A model generated the notes under the pieces. That model searched no databases. It worked only from the letters and a program-made list of their open reading frames with translations, and had not been told where the DNA came from. This document shows, one piece after another, positions 35,735 to 45,266 of a stretch of DNA of 64,000 nt. Where the stretch lies: positions 62,001 to 126,000 of IMG/VR virus record IMGVR_UViG_3300035181_000471, one strand, 5' to 3'. Each line of letters begins with the position of its first letter. Positions within the stretch are counted from its first letter, which is position 1. A program made the position numbers and the translations under genes.

Positions 35735-35807
35735 TACTTGCTCCCGTAAAGAAGGATGTAAGCTTCCTGTTGTTCCTTAGTGAGAGATACCCACCACATG
35801 AGCATCA

Positions 35808-36494
35808 TTATTTGGCCTCCTTAGCCTTAAGGGTAACACCAGCGGCCTCAAGCATCGAGACAGCCTCACTCAGAGTCCCATCAAACTTGGGCTTGATGGA
35901 GAGAACACCAACAGTAGGGAGGAGAGATTCGGCATCTTCCTCGTTCTCGGTCAGCATGAAGACCTGATCCAACGAATCCTCGTGGATGATCTTCTTCACT
36001 TCGCGCTCCTGGTGGAGAATGGGAGCGATGCCGCCGAAGTCAATCTTGCTCAGAGCGTCACTGACCTTCTTGCGAAGCACGGGATCAAGCAGAATAGCCT
36101 GATTGAACAGATAAGCCTCAGGGCGAACTTCCTTTTCATCCAGTTTGATGCCCTTTTCAGTCAGCATCGCGGCCTCTTCAGCGGTCAGAACCGAAGTGCT
36201 AGCTCGTTTCTTGAGTTCGCACGAAGCAGTAGACACACTACCCGTGCCTTCGAAGTTGGCAGGACGCTTGTGAGCTTCGGTCCCCATGTTGGCGAAGAGC
36301 TTGAGCATGTTGGCCTTGACCTTAGCCTCGTAAATAGCCGAGACACCTTCAAGAGACTTGATGACAGCCGTAGCCGCCGAAAGATTGTCGAGGTCGGAGC
36401 CGAGAACGACAGTCTCCTTCTCCTTCTTACCAGCCTTCTTAGTGGGGGTAGCGGCGACTTTCTCAGCGGTAGCGAACATATCCATTTTAGCCAT
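35808..36494 (-). CDS. Hypothetical protein (probably highly expressed early gene)
   Basis: ATG 36494 with GGAGG, own promoter at 36514-36543, strong C/G-ending codon bias. Confidence 0.78.
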   Translation of the reverse strand: MAKMDMFATAEKVAATPTKKAGKKEKETVVLGSDLDNLSAATAVIKSLEGVSAIYEAKVKANMLKLFANMGTEAHKRPANFEGTGSVSTASCELKKRASTSVLTAEEAAMLTEKGIKLDEKEVRPEAYLFNQAILLDPVLRKKVSDALSKIDFGGIAPILHQEREVKKIIHEDSLDQVFMLTENEEDAESLLPTVGVLSIKPKFDGTLSEAVSMLEAAGVTLKAKEAK

Positions 36495-36513
36495 GTGTAT
36501 TGCCTCCATAGTC

Positions 36514-36543
36514 ATTATACCAGGGTGGCCCCAGAATCCTACC
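36514..36543 (-). promoter_or_regulatory. Promoter GGTA-N20-TATAAT
   Basis: GGTAGGATTCTGGGGCCACCCTGGTATAAT. Confidence 0.65.
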
Positions 36544-36548
36544 AAATT

Positions 36549-37091
36549 TCAAACACGAATTTTACGGACCATCTGACCATCACGAATAGTGGTCGAGTCC
36601 TTGTCGGGTAGGCAGTCATCAAACAAGATAAAATCGGTCTCAGGGAACTGGCGAGTCCACAGATCAAACATCTTGTCCTTACCGTAGAGATTGACGATTT
36701 CCCACTTCTGGAGATCGGACCTCAGCCTAACGAGAGCCTCAAAATCGGACCAGCAGGGAACCCACTTATCATCAACTTCGATGTTCCGTCCTGTATGAGA
36801 AGCAAGGTTACGGCCAATTTGACGCTCGTGTGGATGATCAATGGCGAAACTGAAGACTCCGAACTTGGGAGCATTATGCATTTCACGGTCTGTAGCTAGG
36901 AAAGAATTGATGAATGAGTTCATGTAGCCTATTTTCTTAGGTAGGGGACATGCGGAGTGCCAACTGTCAACGACAGTAGCCTCCAAGTCAAACATTACCA
37001 TCAAATCACGCATATTAACCCCTGTAGCCAGAAGGTCAGGTTGGTCTTCGGAGAGATTGTAGGTTCGATTGAGTTCCGAGAATTTGGACAT
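36549..37091 (-). CDS. Degenerate HAD-like protein
   Basis: VMFDLEATVV and ILFDD resemble HAD motifs I and IV. Confidence 0.5.
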   Translation of the reverse strand: MSKFSELNRTYNLSEDQPDLLATGVNMRDLMVMFDLEATVVDSWHSACPLPKKIGYMNSFINSFLATDREMHNAPKFGVFSFAIDHPHERQIGRNLASHTGRNIEVDDKWVPCWSDFEALVRLRSDLQKWEIVNLYGKDKMFDLWTRQFPETDFILFDDCLPDKDSTTIRDGQMVRKIRV

Positions 37092-37129
37092 ATGAATACC
37101 TCCAACCCTATTATACCGAACCTAAATAC

Positions 37130-37169
37130 AAATTGCCCCAAGAATTTTTAGGTTCTTGGGGCAATTTTT
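37130..37169. terminator. Intrinsic terminator-like hairpin
   Basis: AAATTGCCCCAAGAA-TTTTTAGG-TTCTTGGGGCAATTT. Confidence 0.7.
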
Positions 37170-37182
37170 AGACTAAATGCTG

Positions 37183-37386
37183 TTACTTCTTGACTTCAGC
37201 CTTAGGAGCGGTCTTCTTGACAGCCTTCTTGTGCTTCTTGGCCTTCTTGACTTCTGCCTTAGCAGGAGCGGCAGGGGCCTTCACCTCAGCCTTGACAGCG
37301 GGAGCGGCCTTGGCGGTCTCGTGAGGAGCCTGAGCGAAAGCTAGGGTGCTGGTGGCGAGTAGTGCGGCGAGTAGGGTATTCTTCAT
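37183..37386 (-). CDS. Small secreted Lys/Ala-rich protein (acid-shock-protein-like composition)
   Basis: MKNTLLAALLATSTLAFA signal peptide, KAEVK repeats, AGGAG RBS. Confidence 0.75.
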   Translation of the reverse strand: MKNTLLAALLATSTLAFAQAPHETAKAAPAVKAEVKAPAAPAKAEVKKAKKHKKAVKKTAPKAEVKK

Positions 37387-37439
37387 TGGGTGGCTCTCCT
37401 TAAATTGGCGCATGGGCCGTAGAGTCTGATTACTTATAC

Positions 37440-37455
37440 TGCGATTTTGGTGCCA
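37440..37455 (-). promoter_or_regulatory. Possible sigma-54 (-24/-12) promoter
   Basis: TGGCAC-CAAAA-TCGCA: GG and GC separated by 10 nt. Confidence 0.4.
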
Positions 37456-37616
37456 ACTTACATTTTCTTTATTTTCCTGTGCTTCCTAGGCCACCTTCAC
37501 CTCTAGGGATGCCTTTAATGTGGCATTTTGCAATAGCTAGAGGTGCAAAAACCATCTGAGCAATGTGATAAAGGTGAGGTCATTTCAACATAAAGACTAC
37601 ACAAATAGTTTGAAAC

Positions 37617-38885
37617 TCAGCTTCCGGTACTTCCAAATCCCCCGATTCCTCTATTTGTGACTTCAAGCGATTCTACTTCCTCAATCTCAAAATGGGATGC
37701 AGGCATTGGAACTATTTGTGCGATCTTTAGTGGTAATTCCAAATCGGGGGCAAGTTTATCTACTTTTCTAAGCGCCACAATTATGTTTCCTGTGTAGCTC
37801 TGGTCAATTACCCCAAGATTATTAGCTAGCATGTAACCTGTTTTTGAGATTGAACTTCTAGGAACGAGAGCCAACCACCAACCTGGGGCTGGTTGAATTT
37901 TGATACCCGTGTCAAAAAACTCTACATCTCCAATTGTTTTTAGCTTAGAAATGATTGTAACATCATACCCAGAGTCAGAGATGTTGGTTTTACTGGGAAT
38001 TTTAGCTTCAGAGCTTGTTCTCACACATTTAAAGGTGGCTAAGGTTGTGCCGGGACCAAAAGAAGGAAGCCATGCAGCTAGTTTTTTAAAAAGTTGGTAT
38101 TTTCTTTCTAACTTGAATGGGGTAATGCTGTAAATTCTACCTAAAATATCAAGAGCGTTGGACCCTGCATACTCTAAGTGATTACAGGCCCCTTTAGCTA
38201 TAGACGAGGAAACTCCTAGAAAAGATTGAATACTTTCAAGAAACTCCAACGATCCAGAGGCAAAGTTGCATCGAGGATAATTGTAAAATTCACTATCTTG
38301 AGTCACACAACCATCTCCATCAAAGAATCCTGCTATGAAGGAGAGAGTCAGTTCCGGGGGAAGCAAGGGAAACTTAATATCAAAACACTTTTTACCATAG
38401 GAACTCAATCCAAGGTGGGAGGCAACATCTGTGACAATCTGAGTTGAGTTAAATGTTATTCCACAAATATCCTTGTTTTTCTTTGAGGTAACGGGACCAC
38501 ATTGAGACCACTTGGCAATAGAGGTAAGAAGGTTAAAACTGGACTCATCTGATTCTTTTAAGGAGATGTTAACCACCCCCCTCCCTATAGAACCATCTGC
38601 GGCAATTAATCCTAGGACATAGGCTTTTTCATGTGTATCTATAACAGAAAAAAGGTTGTCATCGAGCGGGTATTTCATACTGGGGTTTCCCCTTCCAGAG
38701 AATTTAAGGGTTCTTGAGCAAAATAAGCATATATCCTTGCCATTATTGCTATTTCTAAATCTAAGGGCATCCTTATAGGGGTAACTGTATTGGCCCCTAC
38801 ATTTATTGGATACCCCAAAGTCACAAGTCACAGTGACTACTGCGTGTGATCCTTTGGTTAGGAATTTTATTTCTTCTTTTATCAT
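37617..38885 (-). CDS. dut: LAGLIDADG endonuclease-dUTPase fusion
   Basis: LGLIAADG and IAGFFDGDG; C-terminal SGYD, PRSS, GVIDQSY, IAQ, RGIGGFGSTG trimeric dUTPase motifs. Confidence 0.88.
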   Translation of the reverse strand: MIKEEIKFLTKGSHAVVTVTCDFGVSNKCRGQYSYPYKDALRFRNSNNGKDICLFCSRTLKFSGRGNPSMKYPLDDNLFSVIDTHEKAYVLGLIAADGSIGRGVVNISLKESDESSFNLLTSIAKWSQCGPVTSKKNKDICGITFNSTQIVTDVASHLGLSSYGKKCFDIKFPLLPPELTLSFIAGFFDGDGCVTQDSEFYNYPRCNFASGSLEFLESIQSFLGVSSSIAKGACNHLEYAGSNALDILGRIYSITPFKLERKYQLFKKLAAWLPSFGPGTTLATFKCVRTSSEAKIPSKTNISDSGYDVTIISKLKTIGDVEFFDTGIKIQPAPGWWLALVPRSSISKTGYMLANNLGVIDQSYTGNIIVALRKVDKLAPDLELPLKIAQIVPMPASHFEIEEVESLEVTNRGIGGFGSTGS

Positions 38886-38927
38886 TTCCAGCCCCTATCA
38901 ATAGCCCCTAGGGGGCTGGTAAGTTGG

Positions 38928-41546
38928 CTAACCACACTTACTATTACTGAAGTTACAAGAGGTGCAGAACTCAACCAAGCATCCCGATTCGCGTCTAAAA
39001 TCAAGGGCCTCTCCGCACTCAGGACAGGGTTTCCCTTTGGCCTTCTCCTTAGAAATGACTTCTTCGTCAGGAATATACTGCTTGAGAACACGAGCGAATA
39101 CGGCTGGAGCATCATATAGTGAAGATGCGGCCTTATTAAGCTGGTCCACGATATCCCCAACGCTAATGCCATTGCGGAGAGATAAACTCAACATTCTAGT
39201 TAGGGTCATAACATCCTGGGCTGGAAATCTAGCTCCGATGTTATTGACCTTGAGAACATCCTCTTCATCCTCAGAAAGCTGGATCTCAAGAGTGTAGTGA
39301 CCTCTGGATTTCTTGGTTAGAGTGGCAGAGTGGTAATGAGTTGGAAGACTCAATCCTGCTTCCTCACCACCAAAGATTTCGATGGCCTTACCCTCGTGCT
39401 TACCGACAAGGATCATGTAATTCTTTTCCTTGTACTTGGTCTTGTGAACATCCACTTCTGTCTTCTTAGGTCTCTCAACCTTGTCGCCAGTGACTACTTT
39501 AGGCTTGATCGCATTCAATACACCAGTTCTGCAACCATCGCGGTAGACTGTGAATCCCTTGCAACCATACTCATGAGCCATCTCATAGAGATCTCTCACT
39601 TCCTCAACGGTAGCAGTAGATTTTAGGTTGGTGGTGATGGAGATAGCGGAGTCAATGAACTTTTGCATAACACCCTGTAGACGAACTCGCATTCTGGGAT
39701 TGATGTCACCAGCTTCAACGAAGATGGCTTCAATTTGATCCTTAGTCCAACCAGCGTCCATAGCGTCCTGAATGGCCTGATGATAGATGGTGTACTGAAC
39801 TACTTCATTGGTGCCATTGATCTTGACATTGCGAGTGCTAGCACGAAGGAATGTAGGCTCTGAACCCGAGGAGCAATTTCTCATTTCGATACTCATGCTA
39901 CCGTTTGGAGCCTGGGTGAGAAGGGCTACATTGCGAATACCGTACTTCTTGATGTCATTCTGAATTGCCTTTGGAAGTCTCTGAATGAAGGGACTGTTCT
40001 TATGTTTCTCCCAGTTAAAGGCTAGGAATGAACCCTTTTCCTTAGCGAGATTGACGGATTCAGAGTAAGCGACATCACGAAGATATGCATAAAGCTTCTC
40101 AACGAATTCGATAGCGGCTTCGGTATCGTAGCGAATGCCAAGTGAGGCCATGCAGTCAGAAAGACCTGTGTTACCTAGACCGATGCGGCGAAGAAGAATA
40201 GCCATAGCTCTCTGGCTGGGAATTGATAGACTCATGGCATCAATTCCCTTGATATTGTCCTGCGCTCTCACGGCAATGCGAAGCACACGGCCATATTCTT
40301 CGTAATCGAATGAAGCGGCAGAGGTCCAAGGATTTGTGACGAAGGCGGGTAGGTAGTGAGTTCCCAAGCAACAGCTATCATCAGCAGGTAGCGGCTGTTC
40401 TCCACAAGGATTAGTAGCGGATACACGGAAGTCCATGAAGGGGAGGATCTTCACTTCACCAGTCATAGGATCAGTGAATTCAAAGTTTTCCAACTGGCCG
40501 TAATAGTCGGAAGTGGATTCTCTGGCAATGTTATCCCAGAATAGAATTCCAGGCTCAGCCGACTTCCAAGCAGACTGCATCAATGTAGACCAGATGGATT
40601 CAGCACTGACCATCTTAGACATAGGGGCATACTTGCTAGCATCACCAACGAAAGTAAATCTCTGCTCGTAGTCTGTTCCATTTTTCACAGCATCCATGAA
40701 CTCGTCAGAAACCATTACAGACACATTGGCGAAGGAAGTGGACTTGAGCCTGTCAGCGATGGGAGCATAACGCCAATCGTTAATGTCAATCCCAGCTTCA
40801 GCCAATTCACTAAAGAAAGGCTGTAGAGGCTTGTCTGTCTTCATCTCAATGAAACGGACGATATCGGGGTGATGGACGGTCATGCATTCCATCAAGGCTC
40901 CACGGCGACCTTCCTGACCGATCATTCCAGTCACATAGGAGTAAAAATCCATGAAGCTAGCGGCACCAGTAGAGGTTTTAGCCGCATTGTTTGTTAGCGC
41001 ACCGTAAGGACGAAGGTAATTGAAGTTGATACCGACTCCACCACGACTAGCGTAGGTTCTAGCCATGTATTTAGCGGTGTCGAAGATGGACTCCAGGTTG
41101 TCCTTAGGGGGAGGAGCTACGAAGCAATTGCTGACAGAAGCCTTTACATGGGGGTTCCCGAGGGCATACATTCCACTACCCTGAGGGGAGTACTTCCAGT
41201 CTCTTAGGGCAGAAATGAACTCGTTATACCAGTAGTTGTAGTCCTTGTTGGTAGGGTTGGTTCTGACTTCCTCTAGGGCCATCGCAACGGCTTCACGATC
41301 CCAGGTATCTGCGGGAGTAGATTCTAGACAAGTCCCATCCGAATCATGTAGGGCATATTTGTTAACCCAGACATCGGAAGCGATTGCGGCAGTATTTTCA
41401 GTAACTTTTTGGTTTTCTAGATACCACTCGTAGCAGGTAGCATAGGATTCTGCCTTACTAAGTTGTTGTGGAGTTGGGTCTAAAAACCCTTTATCTGATA
41501 GGAATTTCGCTACCAGGGTATCGTGACTGGAAATATCTGCTGACAT
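38928..41546 (-). CDS. nrdJ: Class II (adenosylcobalamin-dependent) ribonucleotide reductase
   Basis: SNCFV, GGVG, RRGA, ANVSV, EPG, TNPCGEQPL, RRIGLG, KGFTVYRDG, C-terminal CxxC...CxxC; no small subunit adjacent. Confidence 0.88.
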   Translation of the reverse strand: MSADISSHDTLVAKFLSDKGFLDPTPQQLSKAESYATCYEWYLENQKVTENTAAIASDVWVNKYALHDSDGTCLESTPADTWDREAVAMALEEVRTNPTNKDYNYWYNEFISALRDWKYSPQGSGMYALGNPHVKASVSNCFVAPPPKDNLESIFDTAKYMARTYASRGGVGINFNYLRPYGALTNNAAKTSTGAASFMDFYSYVTGMIGQEGRRGALMECMTVHHPDIVRFIEMKTDKPLQPFFSELAEAGIDINDWRYAPIADRLKSTSFANVSVMVSDEFMDAVKNGTDYEQRFTFVGDASKYAPMSKMVSAESIWSTLMQSAWKSAEPGILFWDNIARESTSDYYGQLENFEFTDPMTGEVKILPFMDFRVSATNPCGEQPLPADDSCCLGTHYLPAFVTNPWTSAASFDYEEYGRVLRIAVRAQDNIKGIDAMSLSIPSQRAMAILLRRIGLGNTGLSDCMASLGIRYDTEAAIEFVEKLYAYLRDVAYSESVNLAKEKGSFLAFNWEKHKNSPFIQRLPKAIQNDIKKYGIRNVALLTQAPNGSMSIEMRNCSSGSEPTFLRASTRNVKINGTNEVVQYTIYHQAIQDAMDAGWTKDQIEAIFVEAGDINPRMRVRLQGVMQKFIDSAISITTNLKSTATVEEVRDLYEMAHEYGCKGFTVYRDGCRTGVLNAIKPKVVTGDKVERPKKTEVDVHKTKYKEKNYMILVGKHEGKAIEIFGGEEAGLSLPTHYHSATLTKKSRGHYTLEIQLSEDEEDVLKVNNIGARFPAQDVMTLTRMLSLSLRNGISVGDIVDQLNKAASSLYDAPAVFARVLKQYIPDEEVISKEKAKGKPCPECGEALDFRRESGCLVEFCTSCNFSNSKCG

Positions 41547-41633
41547 AACACCTCTCAAAAAATGTAGTTTTCCGCTAAAACCGTTCCGGTTCATTGGGGG
41601 AGTAAATTAGCTTCACCAAGTTGTCTTACTTGA

Positions 41634-42479
41634 TCACTTTTCACCATCTAAAAGTGAATCCAAATCTGGAATACCGAAGTCTGACTTTTCAAAGGTCATG
41701 GATGTGGCGTTGTTAGGATCATACATACTTTCTAGGATGAAAGTAATTAAACTATCCTCATACTCCATGATTTTCGGGTCAAATAAAAAGGGATCAACTC
41801 CCATAAATCCTAAGGCCCTAAATCCTTGGTAACCTTGAGACAATTCAATCCCTCTCTCCTCTTCGGCTTTGGCCTTTAGAAGATCGTCAAGGAAAGTATC
41901 TGCGGCGGCAACATTGGGGACCGTGAAAGCCTTGCCAATCTTCTTACCATTACCGATGGCATAAGTCAACCACTCGGGTTCAACCTCAAGAGTGTGCTTC
42001 TTTACATAGGATAGTGTGTCAGAAATCAGGATTGATACCTGATCAGACGGAGACAACTCAAGGTCTGAGTTAAGTGAAGGGCCATTACTTCTTAGCTTAG
42101 ATAGCTCTGTTAATAGTGCATATCTATCGTGGTAACTTGGGGTCTGATTGAGTGGAAGGAAGTCGGCTTCAGCGGTATACTGCTCGTTCTTCTCAGCCTC
42201 GGTCCCGAACATCAGAATAAAATCTCGCCTCAGATTAGCAGTTGTCATGTCCAGAGTTGCGGTGTCAAACGATTGCCCAGTTGAGAAGAATTCTCGTATG
42301 GACTCCAAGATCCTCTTTCGAAAACGCCAAGAGCAATTCATCAAGGCTTTTCTAAATATGTGGTCATTACACTTGGAGAATGCGGCACCTCTAAAATGAT
42401 AGAAGTTCTTTTTGCCTACTGTTCCAACTGGTTTAAGACCTGCATGTAGGGATAGATCCGACACTGTTAAATTCCTCAC
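41634..42479 (-). CDS. Hypothetical protein
   Basis: 281-aa ORF. Confidence 0.7.
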   Translation of the reverse strand: MRNLTVSDLSLHAGLKPVGTVGKKNFYHFRGAAFSKCNDHIFRKALMNCSWRFRKRILESIREFFSTGQSFDTATLDMTTANLRRDFILMFGTEAEKNEQYTAEADFLPLNQTPSYHDRYALLTELSKLRSNGPSLNSDLELSPSDQVSILISDTLSYVKKHTLEVEPEWLTYAIGNGKKIGKAFTVPNVAAADTFLDDLLKAKAEEERGIELSQGYQGFRALGFMGVDPFLFDPKIMEYEDSLITFILESMYDPNNATSMTFEKSDFGIPDLDSLLDGEK

Positions 42480-45178
42480 TCCTTCCCTAATACTTCATTC
42501 CACAGATTTTTGACAGCTTCAATGACGGTTGAAGTCTGAAGTTGAGCCATACAGCCATGTTTGGGGAAGTCATAGGTCTGACCGGGAGGATTGTCGCAGG
42601 GTCCAAGAGGGTGGATGGTCATGCGAGGATCTTCCTTAAAGCAAGGTTGACAGGGTAAGCCCACGGATAGGTTCGTGTTCTGTTCATAGCCTGCGGCTGA
42701 CGGCTGTGTGGAACCCCACAGGATGACGGCTGGGGTCTTAACCATGTTAGTCACATGGTTGGAGAAAGAGTCGATGCCTACATGGATTGTAGCGTTGGCA
42801 ATGAGCTTCACGGAATCCATTAAGGGGTTACCTAGGAAGCTGTGGACGGCTCCAGGAATCTTGGGGTCGTTCTCTGCACCAATCTGAATAAAAGTGATCT
42901 CAGGGCAAGCGGCTACTACCTCAGCCCAACGCTCTTGTGACCAATCCTTATAGTGAGACCAGCCAGCCTTGGTGTGAAGGGTTGCGTATTTCTTAGTGCT
43001 TGGGAGCGGGTACTTGGCTTCCAGTGAGTAGATCTTAGGTTCGATTCCCACTTCATCAGAGAAGTACTCTAGGAGGTGTCGCTTCATAGGTGTGTATGGG
43101 TAGTTCTCGTGAAGAGGGTATCCGACAAGGTTGATTGCCTTATCAAACTTAGAGGCATCAAATTCATTGAAGTCTCTAACCTCGTCTACTCCAGCGTCTT
43201 TCATAAGTTCAAACAAGGCAGAGCCGATGGAAGGGTGACAGAAGTAGGAGATCTTCTGTCCTGGATTTTGCTTTTTCAACTCGGGAATTAGGTTTAGGGT
43301 CATGATGATGTCCCCAATAGCGCCGGGACGATTTAAAGCTATGCCATTCAACTTCTTTACCACCTTAGACTTGAGATAGTCGAGGTGCTGGTCCCAACTG
43401 GCGTCCTCTACTCCGATGGCTTCCTTAGCCTGCTCCGCGCAATTGATGGCGTCTTGGGTTTTCCCAAGGTTATCGTAGCAGAAAGTCATGATTCGGAGAG
43501 GCTGATCAGTGTATTTATTCATTTCCCTCCAAAGTTGTGTTGGAGCGGGTTTGTTATTTTTTGCCATCAAACATGCGGAAATGCACTTCTCCCACTCGCC
43601 TGAATCGGAGAAGATGTAAGCTAGTTCCATCCAGAATTCAGACCAATCGGGTTGATGACTGATGGCTTCATAGAGGGTGGCGGTAGCTCCAGCTACATCA
43701 CGATTTGCTCTCTGGCATCTAGCTTTGTAGAGATAGGAAAACAGCCACTCATCGTAGAAAAAATGGCCCATCTTGATGCGCTCAGTGTAATATTGAACAG
43801 CTTCGGGCCATCTACCAGCGTCCTTATGGGTGTTAGCTAGATAGAATGCGGTTCTTGAGTTGGGATTCTCCTCCCATTCTTTTTCAAGAATGCGAAGGTT
43901 TCTCTGGTTGGAAGACTCACCTGGATTTGGTGCGCCATCGTGATGAATTATACAATCGCTGATGACGAAAGTGTGACTGTCCCCAAGAACGGGATACTCA
44001 TGAATAGCACCTTCAAAATGAATGCCCTTACGAGTTTTCCACATGCGATGATGAACCCATTTGACATCAGTCTCCATCATTACTCCGAAGGCATCATACT
44101 CATTTAAGTATAAAGCTCTCTTGAGATTCTGGGGAGTCTTGAGAATGTCATCAGCGTCCATCCAAAGAAGGTAGTCGGCATCAGGATAGGAGTCAATGAT
44201 GTTTACAAACTCGTTTCTGGCCTTGGCGAAGTCCCAGAGCTTCCAATCGCGCTTGGTGTCCAGCTTAGAGGCACCTAGATATTGAGTTACAAAAGCTCCT
44301 CTTTCCCTAGCTACCTGAACTGTCCTATCGGTTGAACCCGTGTCGATGATAACCACACCATCCGTCACATTTTTGATAGAGTCAAGGCACTTTGGAAGGT
44401 CTCTCTCTTCATTCTTGACAATCATTCCGGTGTAGAGCTTTGGCTTCTTCTTCAAGGGTTTCAGAACTATATCACCCTGACCAGCACCATCCATAGGACC
44501 ATACCACTCAATTGTGAACTGATCTTGAGCCTGAACTAGCAACTCAAGAATACTAGAGAAGGAATGGAAGAATGGATGGATGGTGAAGTGGCCTGAGGTT
44601 AGGTCTCTCTCAAAGCCGCTGACATTGTGCTGAGGCAATCTGAGGAACAGAATACCATCATCGGTCAGAAGCTTCTTTAACTTCTTGAGAGTCTCTAAGG
44701 GGTTATACATATGCTCAAAACAATGAATCATTGTGATGAGATCAAACTTATTTGTCTTCGTCCAATCCGTTATGGTTTCCTCTGAAATTTGCTCAAAGTC
44801 GGCCATTAACATTGGGACATCTAGCTCCTTTGAATACTCAGGAACTATCTCGATGTTATCCATGCCGTAGGCTTCACAACCTCTGTTTTTGAAGCAATGA
44901 GCTAGGTAGGGATACTTGGAACCAATGTCGAGTGTTTTGATGGGTTGATTGTTGAACCAGCGTTCCAGAATGCTTCCGGCAAGCCAATCGTTTACACCCT
45001 TTTCGTAATCTGACATAAGGTGTCCAGCGAAATCCCCATTGACTTTTTCGTGGTCAGCTTCATAAACCTTTTCGGTCATCGGCTGTTGATACCAGCAATC
45101 GCAGGAGGGACAAACCCAGTAAGGTGTGTCCTGAAACTTAGCGGTAGATTCTGTTCTACAAATGGGGCAAATACCCAT
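42476..45178 (-). CDS. Multidomain SAM methyltransferase / GT2 glycosyltransferase / TPR / GT9 glycosyltransferase
   Basis: CPIC..CPSC, LDIGS, HCFEH; MIVKNEE, DTGSTD, DFAKARN, MDADD; TPR helices; GAIGDII, KDWS, GIDSFSNH, LWGST. Confidence 0.85.
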   Translation of the reverse strand: MGICPICRTESTAKFQDTPYWVCPSCDCWYQQPMTEKVYEADHEKVNGDFAGHLMSDYEKGVNDWLAGSILERWFNNQPIKTLDIGSKYPYLAHCFKNRGCEAYGMDNIEIVPEYSKELDVPMLMADFEQISEETITDWTKTNKFDLITMIHCFEHMYNPLETLKKLKKLLTDDGILFLRLPQHNVSGFERDLTSGHFTIHPFFHSFSSILELLVQAQDQFTIEWYGPMDGAGQGDIVLKPLKKKPKLYTGMIVKNEERDLPKCLDSIKNVTDGVVIIDTGSTDRTVQVARERGAFVTQYLGASKLDTKRDWKLWDFAKARNEFVNIIDSYPDADYLLWMDADDILKTPQNLKRALYLNEYDAFGVMMETDVKWVHHRMWKTRKGIHFEGAIHEYPVLGDSHTFVISDCIIHHDGAPNPGESSNQRNLRILEKEWEENPNSRTAFYLANTHKDAGRWPEAVQYYTERIKMGHFFYDEWLFSYLYKARCQRANRDVAGATATLYEAISHQPDWSEFWMELAYIFSDSGEWEKCISACLMAKNNKPAPTQLWREMNKYTDQPLRIMTFCYDNLGKTQDAINCAEQAKEAIGVEDASWDQHLDYLKSKVVKKLNGIALNRPGAIGDIIMTLNLIPELKKQNPGQKISYFCHPSIGSALFELMKDAGVDEVRDFNEFDASKFDKAINLVGYPLHENYPYTPMKRHLLEYFSDEVGIEPKIYSLEAKYPLPSTKKYATLHTKAGWSHYKDWSQERWAEVVAACPEITFIQIGAENDPKIPGAVHSFLGNPLMDSVKLIANATIHVGIDSFSNHVTNMVKTPAVILWGSTQPSAAGYEQNTNLSVGLPCQPCFKEDPRMTIHPLGPCDNPPGQTYDFPKHGCMAQLQTSTVIEAVKNLWNEVLGKE

Positions 45179-45237
45179 GAAAACTCCTTTAATTTTTCAG
45201 GCTTAACTAATCCTGGGGACTTTGTGGCTCTAGTTCC

Positions 45238-45266
45238 ATTATACTATTACCCACTATTTTGTCCAA
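45238..45266 (-). promoter_or_regulatory. Sigma70-like promoter TTGGAC-N17-TATAAT
   Basis: Canonical spacing upstream of glycosyltransferase operon. Confidence 0.65.
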
